Assembly: GCA_034439715.1 (NCBI GenBank)
Contig: JAWXAY010000039.1
Coordinates: 1 to 38,611 of the forward strand
From: Pseudomonadota bacterium
Lineage (GTDB): Bacteria; Bdellovibrionota; Bdellovibrionia; Bdellovibrionales; SG-bin7
Length of the DNA: 38,611 nt
Direction: 5' to 3'
The position numbers and the translations under genes were made by a program. This document shows, piece by piece, positions 8,665 to 17,029 of this stretch. Numbering within the stretch: the first letter of the stretch is position 1; each line of letters opens with the position of its first letter. The notes below the pieces were generated by a model. It made no database searches, was not told the origin of the DNA, and was given only the letters and a program-made list of their open reading frames with translations.

Positions 8665-9948
8665 TCACATCATGTCCAACATTAACAGGCTGGGATTTTC
8701 GATCCTGTTCAAAAAGGCCTTCAAGAAATTAGCTGCAACGGCACCATCAATAAGTCGATGGTCCGCGGTGATCGTAAAATTCATAAATTTAGCGGGATGC
8801 CAATCACTGCCAATAATAACTGGCTTATCTGTAATTTTATACATTCCAAGAATTGCGACTTCAGGGTGATTGATAATAGGAGTGGCATAGGTTCCACCAA
8901 CGCTACCAATATTAGTAATAGTAATAGTGGCGCCTCTCATGTCCTCAAGCGCTAATTTTCCGTCGCGAGCTTTAGTAGCGAGCTCGACAATTTCTCGACT
9001 TATCTGGTAGATCGTTTTTTTATCGGCATCTTTTATGACTGGAACTAGCAGTCCATTAGGAGTGTCGGCGGCAAAGCCGATATTAAAATATTTTTTATAA
9101 ACGATTTCGCTCGACTGATCGTCAATACTGGCACTAAACATTGGGTATTCACGAATGGTGGCAATTAATGCCTTAATGACAAAAGGCAAATAAGTGATTT
9201 TGATTCCCTGTTTGTCGGCGAGCGGTTTTAATTGAGTGCGCATTTCGACAAGTTGGGTAACATTGGCCTCATCCATTAAAGTAAAATGAGGTATAATGTG
9301 TTTTGCCATCTGTAGGCTTTCGGCAATTTTTCGTCGAATGCCCCGGAATGGCACTCTCTCCTCAGCTCCTTTACCACTTGTAACATAGGCTGGTGCTGTT
9401 ATTCCCTTGGACACTGCTGCGGGAGCCGAAAACGTGGCATTTAAAGACTTCAAGACATCTTCGCGCGTGACTCGGCCACCATTTCCGGTGCCTGTTAACT
9501 TATTGACATCGATTTTCATCTCGCGAGCAAGCCTTCGGGTTGCGGGTGTTGCAAGAACAGAGCTTTCGGCGACGGGTGGATAGACCTCAAGTCCGCCCGA
9601 AGATGCAGCTGCCATTATGTTGGGTGCGACCATGACTTGTGTTGGTGAGGGTGCGGGCGCGGGCGCTCGAGGTGCAGCAGTTAATGGTGCCGCAGTTTTA
9701 GAATCGCTACCTAACTCAATCACCATAAGCGGCTTACCGATGGGTACAATGTCGCCTTCTTTGCATCTAAATTCTTTTACGCTGCCAGTGAATGGCGAGG
9801 GAACTTCGACTGTAGCTTTGTCGGTCATGATTTCTACAACGGGTTGGTCTTCTTTTACCATGTCACCAGGCTTCACCAACCATTTTACAACTTCGCCTTC
9901 AGTTACGCCTTCTCCGATATCAGGAAGAACAATATCTTTAGTCGCCAT
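8665..9948 (-). CDS. 2-oxoacid dehydrogenase E2 (dihydrolipoamide acyltransferase), single lipoyl domain
   Basis: Lipoyl domain TDKA, E3-binding ATPATRRLARE...GTGNGGRV, catalytic DHRLIDGA. Substrate (PDH vs branched-chain) is not resolvable here. Confidence 0.95.
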   Translation of the reverse strand: MATKDIVLPDIGEGVTEGEVVKWLVKPGDMVKEDQPVVEIMTDKATVEVPSPFTGSVKEFRCKEGDIVPIGKPLMVIELGSDSKTAAPLTAAPRAPAPAPSPTQVMVAPNIMAAASSGGLEVYPPVAESSVLATPATRRLAREMKIDVNKLTGTGNGGRVTREDVLKSLNATFSAPAAVSKGITAPAYVTSGKGAEERVPFRGIRRKIAESLQMAKHIIPHFTLMDEANVTQLVEMRTQLKPLADKQGIKITYLPFVIKALIATIREYPMFSASIDDQSSEIVYKKYFNIGFAADTPNGLLVPVIKDADKKTIYQISREIVELATKARDGKLALEDMRGATITITNIGSVGGTYATPIINHPEVAILGMYKITDKPVIIGSDWHPAKFMNFTITADHRLIDGAVAANFLKAFLNRIENPSLLMLDMM

Positions 9949-9958
9949 AGATTACACC

Positions 9959-10876
9959 TCAGTATTTTTCTTTTTCGATATTTTTTTCAATGATGCCTTT
10001 TAAAAAAAATTCGCCGGCACGGTAAGAACTTCGCACTAAAGGGCCGCTCGCAACATATAAAAATCCCATATTCTGGGCGATGTTTTGCCATTCAGCAAAT
10101 TTATTGGGAGTAATAAACTCCTGTACCTTTAAAAGCCGGCGATTGGGTTGAAGATACTGTCCAAAAGTCACTACATCACAACCGACCCGGCGGAGATCCC
10201 CTAGAGTTTGTAAAATTTCTTCGTCAGTTTCGCTAAGCCCTAGCATGATTGACGTTTTTGTATATCGGGTAGGGTCAATTTCTTTAATTAACTCCAGAAC
10301 GCGGAGGGATTGCCTGTAATTAGCCCGAGGATCACGTACGCTGGGAGTTAAGCGCTCGACCGTTTCGATATTATGCGCAAATACCTCAGGTCGTGACCTC
10401 ACAAGTTTTTCTAGCCACTCGCGGTTTCCTAAAAAGTCAGGAGACAAAACTTCTACGATAAGTTTGGGGTCATTTTTCTTTATGACTTCAATTGTGCGTG
10501 CAAAATGAGTGCTGCCATGATCAGGCAAATCATCACGATTAACACTAGTTATTACCACGTAGTCCAGACCCATTTTGGCAATGGCAGAACCTACTTTTTC
10601 AGGTTCATCACTATCAATTTTGCCTTTAGGATTTCCAGTTTTTACCGCGCAAAATCGGCAGCCACGGGTGCAGACCTCGCCCATCAACATAAAAGTTGCA
10701 GTGCCGCCCCCCCAACACTCTCCGATGTTAGGGCACTGAGCCTCTTGGCAAACTGTGGCGAGATTTAGAGATTTTAAAAGAGCTTTAATTTCAAGATAAC
10801 GTTCACCAGAAGGAGCGCGGACTTTAAGCCAATGTGGTTTAGACGGAGGTTTAGCTTGATGTTTGATTGTCTCCAC
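9959..10876 (-). CDS. lipA: Lipoyl synthase
   Basis: CQEAQCPNIGEC, CTRGCRFC, RSSY. GTG start with AGGAG SD. Confidence 0.98.
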   Translation of the reverse strand: METIKHQAKPPSKPHWLKVRAPSGERYLEIKALLKSLNLATVCQEAQCPNIGECWGGGTATFMLMGEVCTRGCRFCAVKTGNPKGKIDSDEPEKVGSAIAKMGLDYVVITSVNRDDLPDHGSTHFARTIEVIKKNDPKLIVEVLSPDFLGNREWLEKLVRSRPEVFAHNIETVERLTPSVRDPRANYRQSLRVLELIKEIDPTRYTKTSIMLGLSETDEEILQTLGDLRRVGCDVVTFGQYLQPNRRLLKVQEFITPNKFAEWQNIAQNMGFLYVASGPLVRSSYRAGEFFLKGIIEKNIEKEKY

Positions 10877-10890
10877 GAATCTCCTAGAAT

Positions 10891-10939
10891 GTACGGACGA
10901 TCACATCGTAATGCGTAGAATTACGATGTGATTCCGTAC
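10891..10939. other. Long inverted repeat (20-bp stem, 2-nt bulge, 7-nt loop) between dsbA and lipA
   Basis: GTACGGA-cg-ATCACATCGTAAT-gcgtaga-ATTACGATGTGAT-TCCGTAC. Confidence 0.8.
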
Positions 10940-10943
10940 CTAT

Positions 10944-11717
10944 TTATTTTACGCCGAGGTGGCGGTCAATAATCTTTTTGAAGGCCGGGGGAGGGTAGGC
11001 GCCAGGCAAAGAAACACCATTAATCAAATATCCGGGTGTACCTCTAAAACCGAAGGATTTAGCTTCTTCCATATCTTCGGTTATGTTTTTCATGACGGCA
11101 TCGCCGGCAAGGTCATTTTTCAAGCGGGCCATGTCGGCACCAATTTTTTTGGCAGCAGAATCCAGAAAGCTGGCTCCCTTTTTTAGATCTCGTTGATTTT
11201 CAAAAACATAATCATGAAATTTATAGGCTTTTTCAGCACTTTGTAAGGCAACTGCTTCAAAATATTTGGCGGCAGGCATGGCATGTGGGTGACCTTCTAG
11301 GGGTAAGTGTTTAAAAATAAAACGAACTTTTGGGCCATACATTTCCATGACTTGTTTCATATTCATGTAACCCTGTTGGCAATAGGGACACTCGAAATCA
11401 GAATACTCAATTATTGTAACTTGCGCAGAGGCACTTCCTACGGCCGCTCGACCCTCAGCAATTTTAGGTTTTTTGGGATTCTTAAATTCTTCTTCGCGCT
11501 GCTTGCCTTCGCCCTCTTCCATTTCTTTTCGTTTTTCGGCTTGATACTGTTCATAAGCCTGGTTTGCGGTATCAACAAATTTTGCTGGATTTTTCTTTAT
11601 TACATTAAAAATAATGTCGGGGTTCTTTTCTAAAGCATCTTTAACCATCGATTCAGAAATACAGCCTGACATAAAAAAAGCACTCATAATAATTATTAAA
11701 ATTCTTAGTGATTTCAA
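10944..11717 (-). CDS. DsbA-family thioredoxin-fold lipoprotein
   Basis: EYSDFECPYC, FKHLPL, GTP cis-Pro. The probable start is TTG at 11717 after AAGGGGG, giving the lipoprotein signal MKSLRILIIIMSAFFMSG-C (ORF track start 11816). Confidence 0.9.
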   Translation of the reverse strand: MKSLRILIIIMSAFFMSGCISESMVKDALEKNPDIIFNVIKKNPAKFVDTANQAYEQYQAEKRKEMEEGEGKQREEEFKNPKKPKIAEGRAAVGSASAQVTIIEYSDFECPYCQQGYMNMKQVMEMYGPKVRFIFKHLPLEGHPHAMPAAKYFEAVALQSAEKAYKFHDYVFENQRDLKKGASFLDSAAKKIGADMARLKNDLAGDAVMKNITEDMEEAKSFGFRGTPGYLINGVSLPGAYPPPAFKKIIDRHLGVK

Positions 11718-11827
11718 AGTTATCCCCCTTATTAATTCCGTATCATTTTGGCACATATCCTGGGCCCACGAAAAGCAAATAGACAAAAAAATTTGATGCG
11801 TTGTGAAAAATAGCACCCAGTTATGCC

Positions 11828-11854
11828 TAAAGTATGGGCTAGTCTGACCGATAC
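11828..11854 (+). promoter_or_regulatory. Putative sigma28 (FliA) promoter
   Basis: TAAA-15 bp-ACCGATAC vs consensus TAAA-N15-GCCGATAA, 27 bp upstream of the ORF at 11882. Confidence 0.55.
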
Positions 11855-11881
11855 AAAGTCTAGGGAAAGGGTGGCTTTAAA

Positions 11882-12310
11882 GTGTCTTTGCGCCAGCAGA
11901 TTAAATACTTTCCATTTATCGTGGGAATCATAGCTTTAGTTGTGGGGGTTCAGATCTCCATTTCATTGGGACAGGGACCAGAGCATGGGAACCGCAATCC
12001 TAGTTCATTTCCCACCAATGATAGTCAGAGTTTCGATCAGTTTGATATAGGTTGCTCCCAGAGAGTTGTTTCATTTAAGACCACGAGTGATCAAATAAGA
12101 ATTAAAGGCTGTTTAGGGGTTCTGGGCGCACCTGTAAAAATTGTCAACCAGGCGACCTCGGTTGAACTGACCATATTAGAAAATGAAGACATGTTTACGA
12201 CGGATTATTTTAAGTTAAAGCCCAATCAAAATTTTTTAAAAATTAGTTATCGAGATAATATCGAGTTATCGATTCCAATAAATTTCAAATCGGCAAAACC
12301 TTCGAAGTAA
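11882..12310 (+). CDS. Hypothetical membrane-anchored/periplasmic beta-rich protein
   Basis: N-terminal TM helix, RNPSS linker, two Cys, FTTDYFKL. GTG start with a purine-rich SD; short 3' overlap with suhB. Confidence 0.75.
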   Translation: MSLRQQIKYFPFIVGIIALVVGVQISISLGQGPEHGNRNPSSFPTNDSQSFDQFDIGCSQRVVSFKTTSDQIRIKGCLGVLGAPVKIVNQATSVELTILENEDMFTTDYFKLKPNQNFLKISYRDNIELSIPINFKSAKPSK

Positions 12311-13091
12311 TTGTGTTTAGAATAAAGGGATGAGTGAATTTAGATCCTGCGATAATGTCGCTCATTTCAACGTCATAAAAATCACCGGCAAAATTGGAAA
12401 CCACGCCGCCAGCTTCTCGGACTAAAAGGGTGCCAGCAGCTGTATCCCAAGAGCTTAAATGCTTTTCCCAAAAACCATCAAACACTCCCTGGGCCACTAG
12501 ACACAGATCATAGGCTGCAGCTCCAGCGCGTCGAATGCCCCGAGTTTTCAATATTAAGTCAGAAAAAATCGCCACCTGCTGATTGACATCGCCATGATTG
12601 TTTGAAAATCCCGTTGCGAGAAGTGTATTTTTTAATTCTTTTCGCTCTGATATATGGATTTTATCACCGTTGAGAAAGGCGCCCTTATTTTTAAGTGCGT
12701 AAAACCGTTGTTTTAACATGGGGACGTCTATCACGCCGACTTCAAGAGAACTTCCTACCTTTAATCCAATACTTATACAAAAAATCGGCATCTGATGAAC
12801 GTAGTTAGTTGTGCCATCTAAGGGGTCTACTATCCACAAAAGCTCATCGCCAACCGGCTTTTGGTCCAATCCAGATTCTTCGCCCAAAAAGCGACTTTCA
12901 GGAAAATGTTTTTTTAGGACTTTAGCAATAGCTTTTTCACTTTCAACATCGGCTTCACTGACTAGACCTGCTTTGTATTTCTCAGACACATGATTTAACT
13001 TACCATAATGTTCAATAAGGATTTGCTGAGCTACATCGGCGGCTTCAAAAGCCGCCAAAAGTCTTGGGTCGTTTATTGGGCCGTTTCTCAT
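12285..13091 (-). CDS. suhB: Inositol monophosphatase family protein
   Basis: GEE, WIVDPLDGTTNY, RRAGAAAYDL, WDTAAG. Confidence 0.93.
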   Translation of the reverse strand: MRNGPINDPRLLAAFEAADVAQQILIEHYGKLNHVSEKYKAGLVSEADVESEKAIAKVLKKHFPESRFLGEESGLDQKPVGDELLWIVDPLDGTTNYVHQMPIFCISIGLKVGSSLEVGVIDVPMLKQRFYALKNKGAFLNGDKIHISERKELKNTLLATGFSNNHGDVNQQVAIFSDLILKTRGIRRAGAAAYDLCLVAQGVFDGFWEKHLSSWDTAAGTLLVREAGGVVSNFAGDFYDVEMSDIIAGSKFTHPFILNTITSKVLPI

Positions 13092-13122
13092 AGGAAGAGA
13101 AGAACATCGTGAAGTCTAGGCT

Positions 13123-13169
13123 TGTCAAGACTTTGACACGTTGATTTAATATAAAGATCTAGCTATCAT
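13123..13169. promoter_or_regulatory. Divergent promoter region suhB / SPOR gene
   Basis: Palindrome TGTCAA-gact-TTGACA (13123-13138). + strand TTGATT-17 bp-TATCAT (13141-13169). Confidence 0.5.
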
Positions 13170-13204
13170 GAAACAAGAGACAACCTTTAGAAGGAGATTT
13201 TATC

Positions 13205-13930
13205 GTGATGAATCAATTTGGGGGATCCAGGACGGATACATTAGTAAAACTTGTCCTCATATTTTTTATAGCACTTCTTTCGTTTTCTGTAGGCACTTAT
13301 GTCGGAAAAAACGTCACAGAAAGTCAGTACAAATTGTCTTCGTTAGAATCGTCTTTAAATGATGATTCCGCTCAGGCTAGCAACGATGAGACAACAGAAC
13401 TTAAAGAAGAAGAGGCCTTAACTGATGAAGACATCGCTAGTTTGACCGATGAATTTGCAAATGCCAAAAAAGAAGACGGTAAAGGCATGGAGCCCGCTGA
13501 AGAGATGGCCAAAGATGGTACCAGAGAGGTCGCTTCACATGGAGCTGCCAAGGTGGCGGCCACTCATGCTGCTGTGAATGATAAGTCTCCAGTGGCGGTG
13601 CGAGTAGCGGCAGGCAAGTCTCCCACCGAAACTAAAGTTGAAACGCCGAAAGCTGAGGCTTTACCAAAAGAGATCGCTTCGACAACTACGGGCAAGTACA
13701 CCGTGCAAATAGCGTCTTTTGCCAAAGAAGATGAGGCCGTTAAACGGTCTGAAGAACTTAAGGCCCAAGGCTACAGTGCTTTTTATATTTCAGCACAAGT
13801 CAGCGGCAAAACTTGGTATCGCGTGAGTGTGGGATTATTTCAATCCCCTTCAAGTGCAGCTGAGTTCAAAACGGAACTTATGAAAAAAGCCAACATTCAA
13901 AGCGCAATAGTACAAAAGATAGTACAGTAA
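13205..13930 (+). CDS. SPOR domain-containing protein (TM, acidic linker, C-terminal SPOR)
   Basis: YTVQIASF...GYSAFY...WYRVSVGLF SPOR pattern; AAGGAG SD. Confidence 0.9.
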   Translation: MMNQFGGSRTDTLVKLVLIFFIALLSFSVGTYVGKNVTESQYKLSSLESSLNDDSAQASNDETTELKEEEALTDEDIASLTDEFANAKKEDGKGMEPAEEMAKDGTREVASHGAAKVAATHAAVNDKSPVAVRVAAGKSPTETKVETPKAEALPKEIASTTTGKYTVQIASFAKEDEAVKRSEELKAQGYSAFYISAQVSGKTWYRVSVGLFQSPSSAAEFKTELMKKANIQSAIVQKIVQ

Positions 13931-13943
13931 TTCTTTAAGCTAC

Positions 13944-13968
13944 CAGCCCCTCTAAAAGCGAGGGGCTG
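13944..13968. terminator. Hairpin between convergent genes (possible bidirectional terminator)
   Basis: CAGCCCCTC-taaaagc-GAGGGGCTG is a perfect 9-bp stem; no strong U-tract. Confidence 0.6.
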
Positions 13969-13985
13969 CGCAGTACCACTCAACA

Positions 13986-15149
13986 CTAAATCGCCTGCTC
14001 AAAATCTAAAATCAAATCTTTGATATTCTCGATGCCGATCGCAAAGCGAATGAGCTTTGGGGTAATGCCTAGAGCAAGTTTCTCTTTTTGGCTGAGCTTG
14101 CCACTGCATGAATTAGCCGGAATTCCAATAAGACTTTCCACTCCTCCGAGACTTGGAGCAATTTTTGGAATCTTAAGCGAAGACAAGAATTTTTCGGTCT
14201 GTTTAAGTGATCCTTTTAGTTCAAAGCAAACCACTCCACCGCTACCGACATAGTATTTTTTAGCGCGTTCATAGTGTGCGTGGATTTTTAATCCTGGATA
14301 AATCACGCGCTCTACGTCGTTATGCTGCGATAAATGCTCTGCGAACGCCAGAGCATTTTGATTATGTGCTCTTACTCGCAGTGCCAATGTCTTGATACCG
14401 CGATCCAGTAAAAAACAAGCGTGGGGGTCCAAAACTCCACCAAATAAATTAGTCATGGTCTTTATTTTGTCTATCCAGATAGAGCTGCCGGCAACTGAAC
14501 CGGCAATCACATCAGAGTGGCCGTTCATATACTTGGTGCAACTGTGAACTACGAGATCAATTCCTAGCTCAAGGGGCCTAAAATTGTAGGGACTCAAAAA
14601 AGTATTGTCGATAACTGAAACAAGTTTATGTTTTTTGCAAAACGCCAAATATTTTTTGTAATCGGGAACAAGCAGCGTGGGATTCGATACAGATTCTATC
14701 AAAAAAACCCGCGTGTTTGGTTTTAGGTTTTTTTCCCAAGTTTTTTCATCGTCCATATCGATCCAAGCATAAGTGTGGCCAAGTTGTTCCAGATACTCGG
14801 TGGCAAAGCCATAAGTTCCACCATAGAGAGCTGTCGGTAATAACACGTGGCCTTGTTTACCGAGTGTTGCTAGCAAAGTGACGCTCACAGAAGCCATGCC
14901 ACTCGCGGTTACTACGGCGGCCTCAGCACCCTCAAGAACCGCCAATTTTTTATTAAGTGCTAAGTGATTGGGACCATTATTTAGCCGAGTGTAGCGAATT
15001 TTGTGGAATTCGTCTTCTGGATTATTCTCATACGTTGAAGCTTGGTAGATAGGAGTGCCCACCATGCCGTGAGCGGCAGCGAACTCAGCGCCTTCGTGGA
15101 TCGCAATTGTTTCAATGTGATTAAAAGGGTTTTTATTTGGACTTTTCAC
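13986..15149 (-). CDS. Cys/Met metabolism PLP-dependent enzyme (cystathionine gamma-synthase/lyase family)
   Basis: PIYQAST, ASGMA, ESVSNP, DNTF, HSCTKYMNGHSD (PLP Lys), SLGGVESL. Confidence 0.93.
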   Translation of the reverse strand: MKSPNKNPFNHIETIAIHEGAEFAAAHGMVGTPIYQASTYENNPEDEFHKIRYTRLNNGPNHLALNKKLAVLEGAEAAVVTASGMASVSVTLLATLGKQGHVLLPTALYGGTYGFATEYLEQLGHTYAWIDMDDEKTWEKNLKPNTRVFLIESVSNPTLLVPDYKKYLAFCKKHKLVSVIDNTFLSPYNFRPLELGIDLVVHSCTKYMNGHSDVIAGSVAGSSIWIDKIKTMTNLFGGVLDPHACFLLDRGIKTLALRVRAHNQNALAFAEHLSQHNDVERVIYPGLKIHAHYERAKKYYVGSGGVVCFELKGSLKQTEKFLSSLKIPKIAPSLGGVESLIGIPANSCSGKLSQKEKLALGITPKLIRFAIGIENIKDLILDFEQAI

Positions 15150-15173
15150 TTTTCACATTCTAATCATTGAGTA

Positions 15174-16508
15174 ATGAAAGTCCAAGGGTTTTTCGAAGAG
15201 GCCAAAGAAACCATGAAGCTCGGTATGCCCATAATTATTGGACAGCTCAGCCAAATGTTGATGGGTATTACCGATACGATCATGGTGGGACGCCTTGGGG
15301 TCGTCGAGCTTGCCGCCTGCGCTTTCGCTAATGGTGTTACGGCGATTTTTTTAGTGTTTGGTTTAGGCATGAGTAATGTTGTAGGACCCCTGATCAGTAA
15401 ACTACACGGGGAGTCCCGACAAGCTGAGAGCGGTGGCATCCTGATAAATGCACTCGTGGTTTTTACTTTAGTAGGAACAGCTTTGGTGGCGGCAATCGTG
15501 GGTCTCAGTTTCTTTTTGGATATCTTTAAACAGCCGCTAGAGGTTATCGCGATCTCTCGAGACTTTTTTGTTTTATTGGGAGTTTCAATTTTGCCTGCAG
15601 TAGTTTTTCAATGCTATAAACAGTTTATTGAAGCTAAAGGTAAAAGTTTGCCGCCAATGATAATGCTATTAATGGCGATAGGTATTAATATTTTTTTTAA
15701 TTGGTTATTTATCTATGGAAATCTGGGCTTTCCTAAACTGGGGATGACGGGATCAGGTATTGCAACACTACTGACTCGCCTATTACTTTTGGTGGCCATT
15801 GTCATTTTCGTGCATTCAGGGAGTCGTTACCGCGCAGAACTTATTAGCTTTAATAAAAAACTTATTAGTAAAATTCGGCTCAAAGAAATCTATACTGTTG
15901 GAATACCGAGTGGCATGCAGGTGCTGTTTGAGATTCTAGCATTTGTTTTTGCTGCAATCATGGTGGGTTGGACGGGCACAAAACCTCTAGCGGCTCACCA
16001 AATTGCCATTACGATTGCCTCATTAACCTTTATGTACTCGTTAGGTCTTTCAATTGCGGGAGGATTGCGCGTAAGTAGTGCGGCCGGACGGCTCGATCAA
16101 AAGCGTGCGAGATTTATCGGTTTTGTATCTATCCAAATCGTGGCGATTAGTATGTTGTTTTTTGCGGTTATCATAATTTTGGGAAAGAAATTTTTTCCTC
16201 CGCTTTTTGTAGATGACACAGAAGTTTGGGCCATTGCTGAAAAATTATTAGTAGTAGCGGCTCTGTTCCAACTGTTTGATGGAGTACAGGCGGTGGCGGT
16301 AGGATTGTTGAGGGGACTCTTAGACATCAAGGTGCCGACTCTTATTACGCTTTTTTCTTATGGGTTTGTGTGTTTGCCATTGGCCTATGTTTTGGGTTTT
16401 AGCTATGATCTAGGGGCCCAAGGAGTTTGGTGGGGACTTATGGTAGGCCTGATGCTATCTTCGCTTCTGTTGTTGTGGCGATTTAATGTTTTAACAAAGC
16501 GATACTAA
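15174..16508 (+). CDS. MATE family efflux transporter (NorM-like)
   Basis: DTIMVGRLG, YGNLGFPKLGMTGSGIAT, AAHQIA, FQLFDGVQ; about 12 TM segments. Confidence 0.95.
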   Translation: MKVQGFFEEAKETMKLGMPIIIGQLSQMLMGITDTIMVGRLGVVELAACAFANGVTAIFLVFGLGMSNVVGPLISKLHGESRQAESGGILINALVVFTLVGTALVAAIVGLSFFLDIFKQPLEVIAISRDFFVLLGVSILPAVVFQCYKQFIEAKGKSLPPMIMLLMAIGINIFFNWLFIYGNLGFPKLGMTGSGIATLLTRLLLLVAIVIFVHSGSRYRAELISFNKKLISKIRLKEIYTVGIPSGMQVLFEILAFVFAAIMVGWTGTKPLAAHQIAITIASLTFMYSLGLSIAGGLRVSSAAGRLDQKRARFIGFVSIQIVAISMLFFAVIIILGKKFFPPLFVDDTEVWAIAEKLLVVAALFQLFDGVQAVAVGLLRGLLDIKVPTLITLFSYGFVCLPLAYVLGFSYDLGAQGVWWGLMVGLMLSSLLLLWRFNVLTKRY

Positions 16509-17029
16509 AACCGAAACGACATCCCCAACAGAATGGCAACTTCTAAAAAATCAACGCCGGGTTGATTTAATAATTCAAGCTCTAAATTGGCGGCGATTTG
16601 CTGATTAAACGGAACAATGGCTCCTGTACAAATTCCCACCAACCATTGACGCTCGCTTTTTTCGGTGACGGCTTCATCATAAAGACGAATGTTTGCGAGA
16701 TCTAATTTAAAACCAGTGCCGATACCACCATAGGTTTCAATATGTTTCGCCTTAAAAAATCCGTAGCGAGCCCAACCCAAATATTCTTTAGTTGATAGCT
16801 TGGTGCCCACTGTGGCATTGCCAACTTCAGACCGACCAACATGGGAGTAGTTAAATTGATAACTCCAAGACCCAAGATCATAAACAATTCCCGCTGAAAA
16901 TTTCGTGCCATCGGGTAGAGGGTCCTGGCCACGATCCGTCTGAATTCCCGCTTTCAACTCTGCCGAAAATTGGGCTAGAGCGGGGGCCATCGAGAAAAAC
17001 GACAATAAAACTGAAACTATTAAGGGCAT
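16505..17029 (-). CDS. Small outer membrane beta-barrel protein
   Basis: Signal peptide ending ALA; alternating strands; C-terminal GMSFRF. Start overlaps the end of the upstream lipoprotein gene. Confidence 0.7.
   Translation of the reverse strand: MPLIVSVLLSFFSMAPALAQFSAELKAGIQTDRGQDPLPDGTKFSAGIVYDLGSWSYQFNYSHVGRSEVGNATVGTKLSTKEYLGWARYGFFKAKHIETYGGIGTGFKLDLANIRLYDEAVTEKSERQWLVGICTGAIVPFNQQIAANLELELLNQPGVDFLEVAILLGMSFRF

Noticed and set aside
11718..11816. N-terminal extensions in the ORF track (dsbA; also 18315, 20695, 26571, 27132, 36328)
   Set aside because: Downstream starts fit SD sequences, signal peptides or stop/start overlaps better.
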